A stretch of 64,000 nucleotides of DNA from Fimbriimonadales bacterium (GCA_045862955.1 BTVI01000007.1:15778-79777); one strand, 5' to 3'; shown: positions 47,193-58,875, numbered from the stretch's first letter. The notes: a model not told the origin generated them from the letters alone. Numbers and translations are program-made.

Positions 47193-47828
47193 TTACGCGG
47201 CGGTCAGCGAGCGCGCGACACGGACTGCTCCGCTTGCGTTATCGCTGAACCCGTGCGCACCGATCTCGTCAGCGTACGCTTGCGTCACGGGTGCGCCGCC
47301 TATCATCACCTTAACCTTACCGTGCAATCCGGCTTCCTTCATTGCTTGGACTGTGGCTTTCATCCCCGGCATCGTGGTTGTAAGCAACGCGGACATCGCC
47401 ACGATCTGCGCGTTGTTCTCCTGCGCCGCCTGCACGAACTTCTCGGGACTCACGTCCACGCCGAGGTCCACCACCTCGAACCCCCCGCCTTCCAGCATCG
47501 CCGCGACGAGGTTCTTGCCAATGTCGTGCAGGTCGCCCTTCACGGTTCCGATCACGACCTTGCCGGAGAAGCTACTTCCTCCGGCGACAAGCGCAGGGCG
47601 GATCACCTCCATCGCTGCCTTCATCGCTCTGGCCGAGATCAGCAGCTCCGGCACGAAGTACTCGTTCGCCTCGTAGCGCCGGCCCACCTCGTCCATTGCT
47701 GGGATCATGTACTGAGTGAGCAACGTGTTGGGGTCGACACCTTCTGCCAGGGCTTCCTCGACGATGCTCCTCGCCGTGTTCGCCTTACCTTCGAGCACTG
47801 CGGTGTACAGGGGGTCTAGTTCGACCAT
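47193..47828 (-). CDS. mtaC: Corrinoid (B12-binding) protein, MtaC-like; start 47828 or 47840
   Basis: GDLHDIGKN, DLGVDV, SALLTTT, IGGAP. Confidence 0.88.
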   Translation of the reverse strand: MVELDPLYTAVLEGKANTARSIVEEALAEGVDPNTLLTQYMIPAMDEVGRRYEANEYFVPELLISARAMKAAMEVIRPALVAGGSSFSGKVVIGTVKGDLHDIGKNLVAAMLEGGGFEVVDLGVDVSPEKFVQAAQENNAQIVAMSALLTTTMPGMKATVQAMKEAGLHGKVKVMIGGAPVTQAYADEIGAHGFSDNASGAVRVARSLTAA

Positions 47829-47953
47829 TTGCGCCTTCATCTCCAGGATGAGGCCCCGTGTTCGGAAGTCGTCGCTCCGGTGGGCCTCGCATTGCAACTG
47901 CCTATTCTACCAAACCCTTGGAATACCTTCTCGGCGTGGGCCAGAAGGCCGAA

Positions 47954-49219
47954 CTACGTGTTGGCGGCACCCGTGTATACGGCACGAAGAACCTCTGCAG
48001 GCGTGGTCCATCCCTGCAAAATCTTCTGGAGGCCGTCCTCCATCATGGTGCGCATACCCTGCTGTCGGGCCGCGTGCAGAAGCTCGGGCGAGGCCCCCCC
48101 TCGCGCTATGGCAGTGCGGAACTCCGGGGTCGCGGTTACCAACTCGAACACGCCGATGCGGCCCTTGTAGCCCGTCTTGCGGCACTCCTCGCAGCCCTTT
48201 CCTCGGAAGAACTGTGCGTTGCCTACGCGCTCTGGCGTCAGGCCGAGCGCCAGCAGCTCGTTTTCTGGCGGCGTGAATGGTTCCCGACACTTCGGACAGT
48301 TGAGACGTACGAGGCGCTGCGCCATGATCGCAACCGTCACACTCGCCACCAGGTAGGGCTCGGCGCCCATGTCGAACATGCGTTGCACCGTCTCCACGGC
48401 ATTATTCGTGTGGATGGTGGTCAGAACGAGGTGACCGGTTAGCGCCGCATGGATGCCGATGGCAAGCGATTCGGCGTCTCGCATCTCGCCGACCATCATG
48501 ATGTCGGGGTCCTGTCGAAGGAACGTGCGAATCACCCGTGCGAAGGGCATCTTCTCGGTGACCTGCACCTGGCACACCCGGCTCTCGAACTCGTACTCGA
48601 TGGGGTCCTCGACCGTGACAATGTTAGTTTCTGGGCGGTTCAGCTTCATCAGAGAGGCGTAGAGGGTGGAGGTCTTTCCGGAACCGGTAGGTCCAGTGAC
48701 GCAGATCAGGCCGTAGGGCTGCGTAATGGCTCGTTCCCACTTCTCCCGCACGTCTGCGCTCATCCCCAGCTTGTCCAGGTCTACCTTCATTGCGCCCGGA
48801 TCGAGGATGCGCATTACCACCTTCTCGCCGTTCAACGAAGGTAGGCAAGAGACGCGGCAACTCATTCTGCGCTCTTCGAACTCCATGTCGATGCGCCCGT
48901 CTTGCGGCTCGCGCCGCTCGTCAATCTGCATGTTCGCCGCGAGTTTGATGCGAGCCACGATGTTCTGCGCGATCTCCGGCGGGAACTGCCCGAAGTCGTG
49001 AAGCACTCCGTCTATGCGGTAGCGCACCTTGAGCTGCTGTCTCTCTGGCTGGAGATGGATGTCCGAGGCGTTCTGCTCCAGCGCGCGGATGAACAGGTTG
49101 TCCACCATAAGGACGGCTTCGGACAGCTCGTCGCCGCCCATCTCGCGCATCATGCCTGTGTCGCGCAGAATGAGGCGAAATCGCCTCTTCGACTGCCATC
49201 CGCCCTGGTTCATTGTCAT
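47954..49219 (-). CDS. GspE/PilB-family secretion ATPase with short N-terminus
   Basis: ASDIH, PQDGR, Walker A GPTGSGKT, TVEDPIE, LRQDPD, GEMRD, TGHLV, CxxC...CxxC. Confidence 0.92.
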   Translation of the reverse strand: MTMNQGGWQSKRRFRLILRDTGMMREMGGDELSEAVLMVDNLFIRALEQNASDIHLQPERQQLKVRYRIDGVLHDFGQFPPEIAQNIVARIKLAANMQIDERREPQDGRIDMEFEERRMSCRVSCLPSLNGEKVVMRILDPGAMKVDLDKLGMSADVREKWERAITQPYGLICVTGPTGSGKTSTLYASLMKLNRPETNIVTVEDPIEYEFESRVCQVQVTEKMPFARVIRTFLRQDPDIMMVGEMRDAESLAIGIHAALTGHLVLTTIHTNNAVETVQRMFDMGAEPYLVASVTVAIMAQRLVRLNCPKCREPFTPPENELLALGLTPERVGNAQFFRGKGCEECRKTGYKGRIGVFELVTATPEFRTAIARGGASPELLHAARQQGMRTMMEDGLQKILQGWTTPAEVLRAVYTGAANT

Positions 49220-49300
49220 GTCCGTCCTCCTGTGTCTCCGCTCTCTCCGCTACGTTCGACGTACTCCAGGCAAGTCCGTGTCGGTGGTCCTCGGTGCCTA

Positions 49301-50413
49301 TCACTTGAAAGCGTCCATCACGCGCCAGCCCGCGAGTGAGCCCAGGAAGAGCACGTTACCGCCCCAAGTCGCCACCTCGGTCCACCCGTGGGGCTGGGGC
49401 AGTGAGAACGCCACTGCAAAACAAGCGGTGAGAACGATGGTCCACACGAACAATCGCGTCAGACTCGGCGAACCGGCTTCCTGAAGCAGCGCCGACACAC
49501 CGTAGGCAACGAGTGCCACCCAGAACTGAACCGCGGCCAGCATTCCATACACGCCTGCCCGCGAGAACCGTCCGCCGAGAGAGCCGAGAGACTCCCACCG
49601 GTCCAGCTGCTCCGAGGCGGAGAGCAGCGCCCCGGTAAGCGCTCCGCTCACGAACATCATCAGTAGGAGGCTCGGTGTCCAATGCACGATCATTGGTAGG
49701 AGCGCGAGCGGTGCATCGTTGGAGATGCACACGAAACCCATCAGAACCGGTTGCACGATGAGGGACACTCCCAGCGCTACGTTGCGGTTGCGTATGCTCT
49801 TCGCGATGGGACCTTGCTTGGCGAGACGAATCTCCTCCAACTTGTCGAGGACCTGCTGATAGCGTCGTTCGAAACTGCGGTCGTGCGGGGAGTATTGGAT
49901 CGCTAGGGAGTACATGCGCGCAGCCGCATCCCACTTCTGTTGTGTGCGGTATACGTCGCCGAGTAGGGCATACGCGGGTGCCAGGCGAGGGTGTCTGCCT
50001 ATCAGCGCCTTTGCTTCCTGTTCGGCCAGCCGAAGGCGTCCGGTGGCAAAGTACGCATGAGCTGCGTCCAATCGCTCCCTAACATCTTTGGGGATACCGA
50101 CCGTAGAAGGTCGAGCCTTCGGAGCCTGTCTCTTCGGTGCCTCGCGAGATTCGGGATGCCGCGGCGCAGTCTCTGGCTTGGTCTCTGAGCGCTTGCGCTC
50201 GAGGTCCAGAATCGCATCGAAGTTGGACCTTCGTACCGGGTCGGACAGAACCTGGTAGCTCTCGGTCACCTGCAGGAAGCGTGCAGTGGCCTCTGGAGAG
50301 TTACTCACATCGGGGTGTAGCTCACGCACTAACTGCCGGTAGCGGGCCTTGATCTCGTCGTACGTTGCGTGCCGATCCAGACCCAAAATGCGGTAGTGGT
50401 CGATCGCCGGCAC
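49301..50413 (-). CDS. J-domain protein with TPR and multiple C-terminal TM helices
   Basis: DHYRILG, LHPD, YQVLSDP; TPR AYALLGDVY; about 5 hydrophobic segments; TAGTG coupling with pilC. Confidence 0.82.
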   Translation of the reverse strand: MPAIDHYRILGLDRHATYDEIKARYRQLVRELHPDVSNSPEATARFLQVTESYQVLSDPVRRSNFDAILDLERKRSETKPETAPRHPESREAPKRQAPKARPSTVGIPKDVRERLDAAHAYFATGRLRLAEQEAKALIGRHPRLAPAYALLGDVYRTQQKWDAAARMYSLAIQYSPHDRSFERRYQQVLDKLEEIRLAKQGPIAKSIRNRNVALGVSLIVQPVLMGFVCISNDAPLALLPMIVHWTPSLLLMMFVSGALTGALLSASEQLDRWESLGSLGGRFSRAGVYGMLAAVQFWVALVAYGVSALLQEAGSPSLTRLFVWTIVLTACFAVAFSLPQPHGWTEVATWGGNVLFLGSLAGWRVMDAFK

Positions 50414-51594
50414 TAGAACTCCTTGAGCAAGCCCGCCGCATATCCCGCGTAGAACGACAGGATCATGTAGGCGATGTATATCATGATCCCGACGTATACT
50501 ATGACCGAGAACCCAATCGCAGACTGCTTGGCTCGCACCTTCGACTCCGCTTCGCAAGCCTGCGCGACGCTGGTCATCATGGCATTCAGCTCTCCCGTCT
50601 GCTCGCCCGTCCGAAGCATGTCGATCAGCATAGGTGAGAACACCTGCGTGTCGGCCAGCGTCTGTGCGATGGGTGCGCCGGCTTCGATGCGCGGAGCAGC
50701 CTCGTGTGCCTTCGCGGCGATAACCTCGCTACCAGAACTGTCACCGGCTAGTCGCAGCGCATCACCCAACGGCACGCCGGATGCATGAAGCGCTCCCAGG
50801 GCGCGCCCGAACCGTCCCATGGCAGCGATGCGTGCCGTCTTGCCTACTACCGGGAAGTTGAGGCGAAAGGCGTCCCAGGCGAGTCGGCACCGTTGGGAAC
50901 GCATCGCCAGCCGGAACAGCGCCGTGATTACGATAGCAACACTGGCAATCGTGAGTAGCAAACCGGCGTCACTCAGCGGCGCTTTAATGGTCATGCCGGC
51001 GCTACCTACCAACCCACGGACAACGGCGTTCACCGCAAAAGGCAGAACAATGGCGATCACTAACAGAATGATAGGGTAGGCGAGCGCCACGCGAAGCAGC
51101 CGCCGAATCTCGATGTCGCTTTCCAGGTATTCCGAAAGGTGTCGCAAGGCGCTGTCGAGGAAACCGCCCTTTTCGCCGGCGCTCACGATTGCCAGCTCTA
51201 GCGGCGAGAACGAGGGCTCGCATCGCCGCATGGCTTCGGCGAGCGATGAACCCGCATCGGTCTCCTGCGAGAGCCGAATAATAACGGCACGTAGGCGGGC
51301 GTTGGCTGTCTGCCGCGAGAGGCTCTCGAGAGCGCTCGGCATCGCCATTCCCGCCTTCAGCATCATCGCGAGCTGCGAATAAAAGGGCGCCAGCGCGTAG
51401 GGGCTGAACCCGCCTCGCACCGCGCGCAGCCCAGCCCGGCCTGGCACCCCGCCGACCGGCTCGACGGCGAGCGGATCGTATCCGCGAGACCGAAGCTGCT
51501 GCTGGACCGCCGCCACGGTATCGGCGGTAGTAAGCCCCGACACTTCATGTCCCATCGTGTCGCGCGCCGTGTAGCGGAACTTCATCGCGGGCAT
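50413..51594 (-). CDS. pilC: Type II secretion F / PilC platform protein
   Basis: FRYTARD, QLAMMLKAG, GEKGGFL, ALAYP, GEQTGEL. Confidence 0.85.
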   Translation of the reverse strand: MPAMKFRYTARDTMGHEVSGLTTADTVAAVQQQLRSRGYDPLAVEPVGGVPGRAGLRAVRGGFSPYALAPFYSQLAMMLKAGMAMPSALESLSRQTANARLRAVIIRLSQETDAGSSLAEAMRRCEPSFSPLELAIVSAGEKGGFLDSALRHLSEYLESDIEIRRLLRVALAYPIILLVIAIVLPFAVNAVVRGLVGSAGMTIKAPLSDAGLLLTIASVAIVITALFRLAMRSQRCRLAWDAFRLNFPVVGKTARIAAMGRFGRALGALHASGVPLGDALRLAGDSSGSEVIAAKAHEAAPRIEAGAPIAQTLADTQVFSPMLIDMLRTGEQTGELNAMMTSVAQACEAESKVRAKQSAIGFSVIVYVGIMIYIAYMILSFYAGYAAGLLKEF

Positions 51595-51609
51595 TTCGAT
51601 GACCCCCAC

Positions 51610-52712
<1,103 letters not shown>

Positions 52713-52848
52713 ATCTCGGCGTCTGAGAGCCTGCCTAGCAATCCTCGAGGATCGCGTGGTACACTGCAGTCACAGGTCGGATGGGGCTGTCTCGTGCCGT
52801 TGTCCGCAGGTGCTTTGGAGAAGGCGCCGGCGCAGAGCGGCATAACGC

Positions 52849-52886
52849 GGCCCTCCGACACACTGACGGAAGGAACATCGGAGGCC
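52849..52886 (+). promoter_or_regulatory. Candidate S15 autoregulatory leader hairpin occluding the rpsO SD
   Basis: CCTCCGA (52852) pairs with TCGGAGG (52878), which contains the SD. Confidence 0.45.
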
Positions 52887-52893
52887 ACGGTAT

Positions 52894-53163
52894 ATGCCGC
52901 TGCCGCGCGAAACGAAAGCGCAGATTGTAACGGAATACGGACGAGCTGAGCGGGACACGGGTTCTGCCGAAGTGCAGATTGCCTTGCTCACAGCCCGGAT
53001 TCAGTCCATCACCGAGCATCTGCGCACCCACAAGAAGGACTTCCATTCCAGGCGGGGGCTGCTGCTTCTGGTCGGCCGCCGTCGGAGGCTTCAGCAATAC
53101 CTTCGTAACGTGGACATCGAGCGATACCGCGATCTCATCAAGCGTCTCGGCATTCGCGGCTAG
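52894..53163 (+). CDS. rpsO: 30S ribosomal protein S15
   Basis: [24 protein letters not shown]; 89 aa. Confidence 0.98.
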   Translation: MPLPRETKAQIVTEYGRAERDTGSAEVQIALLTARIQSITEHLRTHKKDFHSRRGLLLLVGRRRRLQQYLRNVDIERYRDLIKRLGIRG

Positions 53164-53195
53164 ATTCCGTAGCTCTCTAGATAAAACAAACCACA

Positions 53196-55562
53196 ATGAT
53201 TCATACTGTCAGCCGGGAGATCGCCGGCAAACTGTTCGCATTCGAGAGCGGACGGTTGGCGAAACAGGCCGACGGCGCAGTCGTTGCAGGTGTGGGGGAT
53301 ACCATCATCCTAGCCTGTGCGACCATGGCGCGGACCCCTCGGGAGGGACAAGGGTTCTTCCCCCTGACCTGCGACTACGAAGAGCGCAAGTACAGCGTTG
53401 GGAAGATCCCCGGCGGCTTCATCAAGCGCGGGGGGCGCCCGAGCGACAAGGCCGTGCTCACATCACGCCTGATTGACCGTCCGCTTCGACCGCTGTTCCC
53501 AGAGGGAATGCGCAACGACGTGCAGGTCATTGCCACTACCCTCTCCACAGAGCAGGAAAACCCGAGCGACGTGATCGCAGTCACGGCCTCGTCTGCCGCC
53601 TTGTGCATCTCCGACATCCCCTTCGCAGGCCCGATCGGTTGCGTCCGCATCGGCATGATCGACGGCCAGATGATCCCGTTTCCTTCGGTCGAACAGATCA
53701 ACCGGTCAGACCTCGACCTAGTCTTGGCGGGTACGAAGGAGCAGATCGTGATGGTCGAGGCGGGCGCCAGGTGGGTGCCGGAGGCGGTCATGCTGGATGC
53801 CATGGAATTTGGCCAGAGCCTGATCCGCGAGCTGTGCGAGCTGCAAGAAGAGCTCGTTGCGCTTGCTGGCAAGCCGAAGACCGACGTGCCGCTCTTCCTG
53901 GTCGATCCGGTGGTGCTGGAGACGGTTCGCACCGAGTGCGCCGCCGATATTCAGAGCGCGCTCCAGAACCCGGACAAGCTTAGCCGCGAGTCTGCCCTGG
54001 AAGACCTCAAGGCCGACATCGTAGAGAAGATGGCGGAGCGGTTCGAAGACGAGGCGCAGCAGGCTCAAGTGGGCGAAGCGGTGGACAAGCTGATCAAGCA
54101 GACCGTGCGCTCCACGCTGCTCGCCACTGGCAAACGGCCCGACGGTCGCGGGCCCACGGATATCCGTGAACTGAGCGCAGAGGTGGGTCTCTTGCCCCGT
54201 ACCCACGGCAGTGGCCTGTTCACCCGAGGCCAAACGCAGGTCCTCACCTCAGTCACCCTCGGCCCGCTGGACGACGCCCAGATCATAGACGGCCTGGAAG
54301 AGGACACACGGAAGCGCTACATGCACTTCTATAACTTCCCGCCGTACTCCACGGGTGAGACGCGCTTTATGCGTGGACCCGGGAGGCGAGAGGTGGGTCA
54401 CGGCGCCCTGGCCGAGCGCGCCCTGAAACCGGTGATCCCAGACGAAGAGAGCTTCCCCTATGCGATCCTCCTGGTATCCGAGGTCTTGGAGTCGAACGGC
54501 TCGTCCTCTATGGCGAGCGTGTGCGGAAGCACGTTGGCTCTGATGGACGCGGGAGTGCGAATCTCGGCCCCCGTCGCAGGTATCGCGATGGGGATGATCA
54601 GCGACTCGGAACGACGCGTCATCTTGACTGACATCCAAGGCATCGAGGATGCGTGCGGCGACATGGACTTCAAGGTGGCCGGCACGCGCGAAGGGATTAC
54701 GGCACTGCAGCTCGACGCGAAGATCGGCGGGCTAACGAGACAGGACCTGGCGGAGGCGTTGGAGCAGGCGCGACAGGCACGCATGGTCATTCTCGACTGC
54801 ATCTTATCTACCATTCCCGAGCCGAGAGAGAGCCTGTCGCAATACGCTCCTCGCATCTTCATACTCGAGATCGACCCGAGCAAAATCGGTGAGGTCATCG
54901 GCCCCGGGGGACGGGTTATTCAAAAGATTTGCGCTCTCTCGGGAGCCGAGATCGACATCGAGCAAACGGGCAAGGTGTACATCGCGGCTCCGACCTTCGA
55001 AGGTGGCGAGCTCGCACAGAAGATGATCCGGGACCTCACACAAGAGGCGGTCGTCGGGTCCGAATACGATGGCGTGGTCACGCGCTTCACCGGTCGAGGC
55101 GCATTCGTCGAATTCCTGCCGGGCCGCGAGGGCCTGGTCCCCGTGGACAAGCTCGTGCGTTGGCGCATCCGCCGACCCGAGGAAGTGGTGCAGATCGGGG
55201 ACTCGATCCGCGTCAAGATTGACGAGGTGGACAGCCTTGGCAGGCTAAACTTGACTGCACTTGGCCTGCCACAGACCCTCGAGAGCCTCAGCGAAGCAAA
55301 TCGCCCGGTCGGTGCCCAGGCCGAGCACCGCTCCGGCGGCGGTGGAGGGCACTCCGGTCGCGGTCCAGACGATCGCGGGTCGCGGGGTGGTGGCGGTAGC
55401 GGGCCACGGCCGCAGCGGGGTGGACCATCTCGCGGAAGCGGCGAGCGCGGTGGTGATCGAAGTCACGGTTCGGGGCCGGGGCGCAGCGACCGACCGCAAG
55501 GCGACGACCGCGGCCCGCGGCAGGACGATGGGCCGCAGGCAAGGTTCCGACCGCGCCGGTAG
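53196..55562 (+). CDS. pnp: Polyribonucleotide nucleotidyltransferase
   Basis: FFPLT, RLIDRPLRP, FTRGQTQ, ESNGSSSMA, GDMDFKVAG, KH and S1 domains; Gly/Arg-rich tail. Confidence 0.97.
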   Translation: MIHTVSREIAGKLFAFESGRLAKQADGAVVAGVGDTIILACATMARTPREGQGFFPLTCDYEERKYSVGKIPGGFIKRGGRPSDKAVLTSRLIDRPLRPLFPEGMRNDVQVIATTLSTEQENPSDVIAVTASSAALCISDIPFAGPIGCVRIGMIDGQMIPFPSVEQINRSDLDLVLAGTKEQIVMVEAGARWVPEAVMLDAMEFGQSLIRELCELQEELVALAGKPKTDVPLFLVDPVVLETVRTECAADIQSALQNPDKLSRESALEDLKADIVEKMAERFEDEAQQAQVGEAVDKLIKQTVRSTLLATGKRPDGRGPTDIRELSAEVGLLPRTHGSGLFTRGQTQVLTSVTLGPLDDAQIIDGLEEDTRKRYMHFYNFPPYSTGETRFMRGPGRREVGHGALAERALKPVIPDEESFPYAILLVSEVLESNGSSSMASVCGSTLALMDAGVRISAPVAGIAMGMISDSERRVILTDIQGIEDACGDMDFKVAGTREGITALQLDAKIGGLTRQDLAEALEQARQARMVILDCILSTIPEPRESLSQYAPRIFILEIDPSKIGEVIGPGGRVIQKICALSGAEIDIEQTGKVYIAAPTFEGGELAQKMIRDLTQEAVVGSEYDGVVTRFTGRGAFVEFLPGREGLVPVDKLVRWRIRRPEEVVQIGDSIRVKIDEVDSLGRLNLTALGLPQTLESLSEANRPVGAQAEHRSGGGGGHSGRGPDDRGSRGGGGSGPRPQRGGPSRGSGERGGDRSHGSGPGRSDRPQGDDRGPRQDDGPQARFRPRR

Positions 55563-55705
55563 CCAGCGGGTACTTCGAGAGGTGAGCGACGGCCGGCCCG
55601 CGCCGGCCGTCGCAGTCATGGGGGAACTGGCGGTTAGCGTGGCGAAGTCTCATCGCGCGACGGCTTCGTTGCCGCCGGTCGTCCGCCTGAGAGCTTAGAG
55701 GTGTC

Positions 55706-56956
55706 ATGAGTACGAATCGCGTTGAGCGCATCGTGTTAGCGAATCGTCTGCGGGTCCTCGTGGAACCGGTGGACTACGTCAAGTCTGTGGCCCTGGGCCT
55801 CTGGGTAGGCACGGGCTCGCGCTACGAGTCTCCCGAGGAAGCCGGCATATCGCATGTGCTCGAGCACATGATGTTCAAGGGCACGAAAACCCGCACTGCC
55901 AAACAGATTGCCGAAGAGATCGAGGGCCGTGGCGGCTCTCTCAACGCCTTCACCGATCGCGAGTTCACCTGCTACTACGCGCGCGTATTGTCCGACGACC
56001 TCCCCGTAGCGATGGACGTGCTGTGCGACATGTTGGTCAACTCTCTGTTCGACCCGGAAGAACTGGCACGCGAGCAGCAAGTTATCCTCGACGAGATCAA
56101 GCGACATGAAGACGAGCCGGACGATCTGGTGCACGACCTGCACGCCCGTGCGTGTTGGGATGGGCATCCGCTCGCTCCCCCCGTGATAGGTACCGCGGAG
56201 TCCGTATCGGCGATGAAGCGTGAGGACCTGCTGGACTACATAGAGCGCCGGTATCGGCCGAACCGCATCGTTGTTGGTGTGGCGGGCAATGCCGAGCCCG
56301 CTGATGTGGTCCGCATGGTGGAGGAGCGGCTCGGCTCCTTGTCGGGGTCTGCAGAGGTCGCCAACGAGCCGCCCCCGGATATCAGGCCCCAGAACCAATC
56401 GATAGCAAGGGATGTCGAGCAGGTTCACTTCTGCTATGGGGGACGCGGATACAGTCAACACGACCCGAAGAAATACGTCGCCGGGGTACTCGATGCGCTG
56501 TTAGGTGGCAGCATGAGCAGTCGGCTGTTCCAAGAGATAAGGGAGCGCAGAGGACTCGCCTACGCCATCGGCTCCTATACGACCTGTCATGCGGAAGGTG
56601 GCCTGTTCACGGTCTATGGTGGTACCAGCCTTGCTAACTTCCCGCAGGTGCTAGACCTTATCCGAAGCGAACTGGACAAGGTGGTTTCGGAGCCGCCGCC
56701 CGCCGACGAGGTGGAGCGTGTGAAGAACCAGATCCGAGGCAACCTCGTGCTCGGCTTGGAAAGCATGAGCAGTCGGATGTCACGCATGGCTAGGAACGAG
56801 CTGTACTTCGAGCGCGTGGTGCCAATCGAAGAGACCATCGAGCGCATAAACGCCGTGACGCCCGAGGATCTGCAACACGCGGCGGCGGAGTGCTTTGGCG
56901 AGGACAGAATGACCCTTACCGCAGTGGGCCCCTTCGGGCGGGAGGCGCAGGCCTAG
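55706..56956 (+). CDS. M16 family zinc peptidase
   Basis: HVLEH inverted zinc motif, LNAFT, SSRLFQEIRERRGLAY. Confidence 0.93.
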   Translation: MSTNRVERIVLANRLRVLVEPVDYVKSVALGLWVGTGSRYESPEEAGISHVLEHMMFKGTKTRTAKQIAEEIEGRGGSLNAFTDREFTCYYARVLSDDLPVAMDVLCDMLVNSLFDPEELAREQQVILDEIKRHEDEPDDLVHDLHARACWDGHPLAPPVIGTAESVSAMKREDLLDYIERRYRPNRIVVGVAGNAEPADVVRMVEERLGSLSGSAEVANEPPPDIRPQNQSIARDVEQVHFCYGGRGYSQHDPKKYVAGVLDALLGGSMSSRLFQEIRERRGLAYAIGSYTTCHAEGGLFTVYGGTSLANFPQVLDLIRSELDKVVSEPPPADEVERVKNQIRGNLVLGLESMSSRMSRMARNELYFERVVPIEETIERINAVTPEDLQHAAAECFGEDRMTLTAVGPFGREAQA

Positions 56957-56957
56957 C

Positions 56958-57743
56958 ATGCCTGCACCTTCGCCGATTCGCGTTGGGGTAAGTGGTGCCG
57001 CTGGGCGAATGGGCCGGGAGGTGGTAGCAGCGGTCTCCAGCGACGCTGACCTCGTCCTTTGTGCGGCGATTGACCGGGTGCATGTCGGCGAGGACAGCGG
57101 CGCCCTCGCAGGAATCGCAACCAACGGCATCATCGTTAGGGATGACCTCGCATCGGCTCTGACCGATGCGCACTGCGATGTGCTAGTGGACTTCACTCAG
57201 CCGGACTCCGCTGCAGACAACGCCAGGATCGCTGTCCAGTCCGGAGTGCGACCCGTGATCGGTACGAGCGGCGTCGTCCCGGAAGACCGTCTACAACTGG
57301 ACTCCCTGCTTCGCGCCAGCAGTCTCGGCGGGCTGCTCGTCCCGAACTTTGCACTCGGCGCTGTGCTGATGATGAAGTTTGCTGCGGAAGCCGCTTCGTA
57401 CTTCCCGAAACGAGAAATCATCGAACTCCACCACGACCGGAAGCTGGACGCGCCGTCCGGGACCGCCATCCGCACCGCGGAGATGATGTCGCAAAACCCT
57501 GGCCGAGCACCGGATGCCGGCTCCGCCGCCCGGGGAGAAGTAGTTCGCGATGTGCACATCCACAGCGTGCGTCTGCCCGGTCTCGTGGCCCACCAAGAGG
57601 TCTTGTTCGGGGGGCCGGGCGAGCTGCTAACCATTCGCCACGATTCCTTCGACCGCAAGTGCTTCATGCCGGGGGTACTTCTCGCCATCCGGAAGGTCTT
57701 CGATGTCGAAGGGCTCGTGGTTGGTCTTGAAGCGGTTCTATAG
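56958..57743 (+). CDS. dapB: 4-hydroxy-tetrahydrodipicolinate reductase
   Basis: GAAGRMG, VDFT, ELHHDRKLDAPSGTA, HSVRLPG. Confidence 0.96.
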   Translation: MPAPSPIRVGVSGAAGRMGREVVAAVSSDADLVLCAAIDRVHVGEDSGALAGIATNGIIVRDDLASALTDAHCDVLVDFTQPDSAADNARIAVQSGVRPVIGTSGVVPEDRLQLDSLLRASSLGGLLVPNFALGAVLMMKFAAEAASYFPKREIIELHHDRKLDAPSGTAIRTAEMMSQNPGRAPDAGSAARGEVVRDVHIHSVRLPGLVAHQEVLFGGPGELLTIRHDSFDRKCFMPGVLLAIRKVFDVEGLVVGLEAVL

Positions 57744-57796
57744 CCTAGGTACACTTGCCATTCACGCACGACTTCGTGGAAGCAGGTGGGTGTCTG

Positions 57797-58813
57797 GTGT
57801 CTCGTCCATGGAACATCGGTGTAGTAGGTGCAACGGGAGCCGTAGGACAGGAGTTCTTGCAGCTTCTCGGCTCCAGGCGGCAGCTGCCTGTTGGTGAGCT
57901 GAGGCTATTCGCGTCTGCAGCATCGGAGGGCAAGACACTAGAGGCTCTCGGAGCGGACCACGTCGTCAGGGCTCCAGCCGAGAGGTGTTTTGACGGGCTA
58001 GACCTCGTGTTCTTCTCCGCAGGCGCCGGAACGGCGCGGTCGCTCGCTCCCCAAGCGCTCGAAGCCGGCGCGCGAGTTGTGGACAACTCCAGCGCTTTTC
58101 GCATGAACTCCGGTGTCCCGCTCGTGATCCCCGAGATCAACGGCAGCGAGATCACCGCCGATACGCGGCTGGCCGCTGTTCCGAATTGCTCGACCATCAT
58201 CCTTCTGATGGCGGTGGCGCCGCTGCGCGCGCTCGCGCCAATCCGCCGGATTATCGTCTCCACCTATCAGGCGGCGAGTGGGGCGGGGGCGAAGGCGATG
58301 CGGGAGCTGATCGAGCAAGCCGGCGCCGTGCTGCGCGGCGAGAACGTTACCCCGAGAGCCTTGCCCCACCAGATTGCCTTCAACGTCTTTAGTCACGACA
58401 GTCCGATGGACGAGACGCTCAGAAACGAAGAAGAACGGAAGGTCGAGGCAGAGTCGAGACGCATTCTAGGACAGCCGGAGCTCGGCGTCACGGCAACGTG
58501 CATGAGAGTCCCGGTGCTGCGGGCTCACACCCAAGCAGCCTACGTCGAGTTCGATGGCGATGTGGATGTGAAGCGAGCGCACGATGTCCTCGCAAGCTTT
58601 CCCGGCGTCGCGGTAGTGGACGATCCCGCGGCCAACCACTTCCCGATGCCCATCGAGGCGACGGGCCGTGACGAAGTTCTAGTAGGTCGGATTCGGCGAG
58701 ATACGTATAACCCTAGAGCGATAAACTTGCTCATTTCCGGCGATCAATTGCGCAAGGGAGCGGCGCTGAACAGCATCCAAATCGCCGAGCTCATGCGACA
58801 ATCCGCAGGCTAG
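57797..58813 (+). CDS. asd: Aspartate-semialdehyde dehydrogenase
   Basis: GATGAVG, DNSSAFRM, PNCST, TYQAASGAG, RVPV, LRKGAALN. Confidence 0.96.
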   Translation: MSRPWNIGVVGATGAVGQEFLQLLGSRRQLPVGELRLFASAASEGKTLEALGADHVVRAPAERCFDGLDLVFFSAGAGTARSLAPQALEAGARVVDNSSAFRMNSGVPLVIPEINGSEITADTRLAAVPNCSTIILLMAVAPLRALAPIRRIIVSTYQAASGAGAKAMRELIEQAGAVLRGENVTPRALPHQIAFNVFSHDSPMDETLRNEEERKVEAESRRILGQPELGVTATCMRVPVLRAHTQAAYVEFDGDVDVKRAHDVLASFPGVAVVDDPAANHFPMPIEATGRDEVLVGRIRRDTYNPRAINLLISGDQLRKGAALNSIQIAELMRQSAG

Positions 58814-58875
58814 GGATTGGCACGATTTATATAAGTTAATAGCCAAAACCTGTACCAAACGAAAGGCGGTGTGAC

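Noticed and set aside
58818-58835. Sigma54 promoter before dapA (TGGCACG)
   Set aside because: The -12 TTGC element is absent
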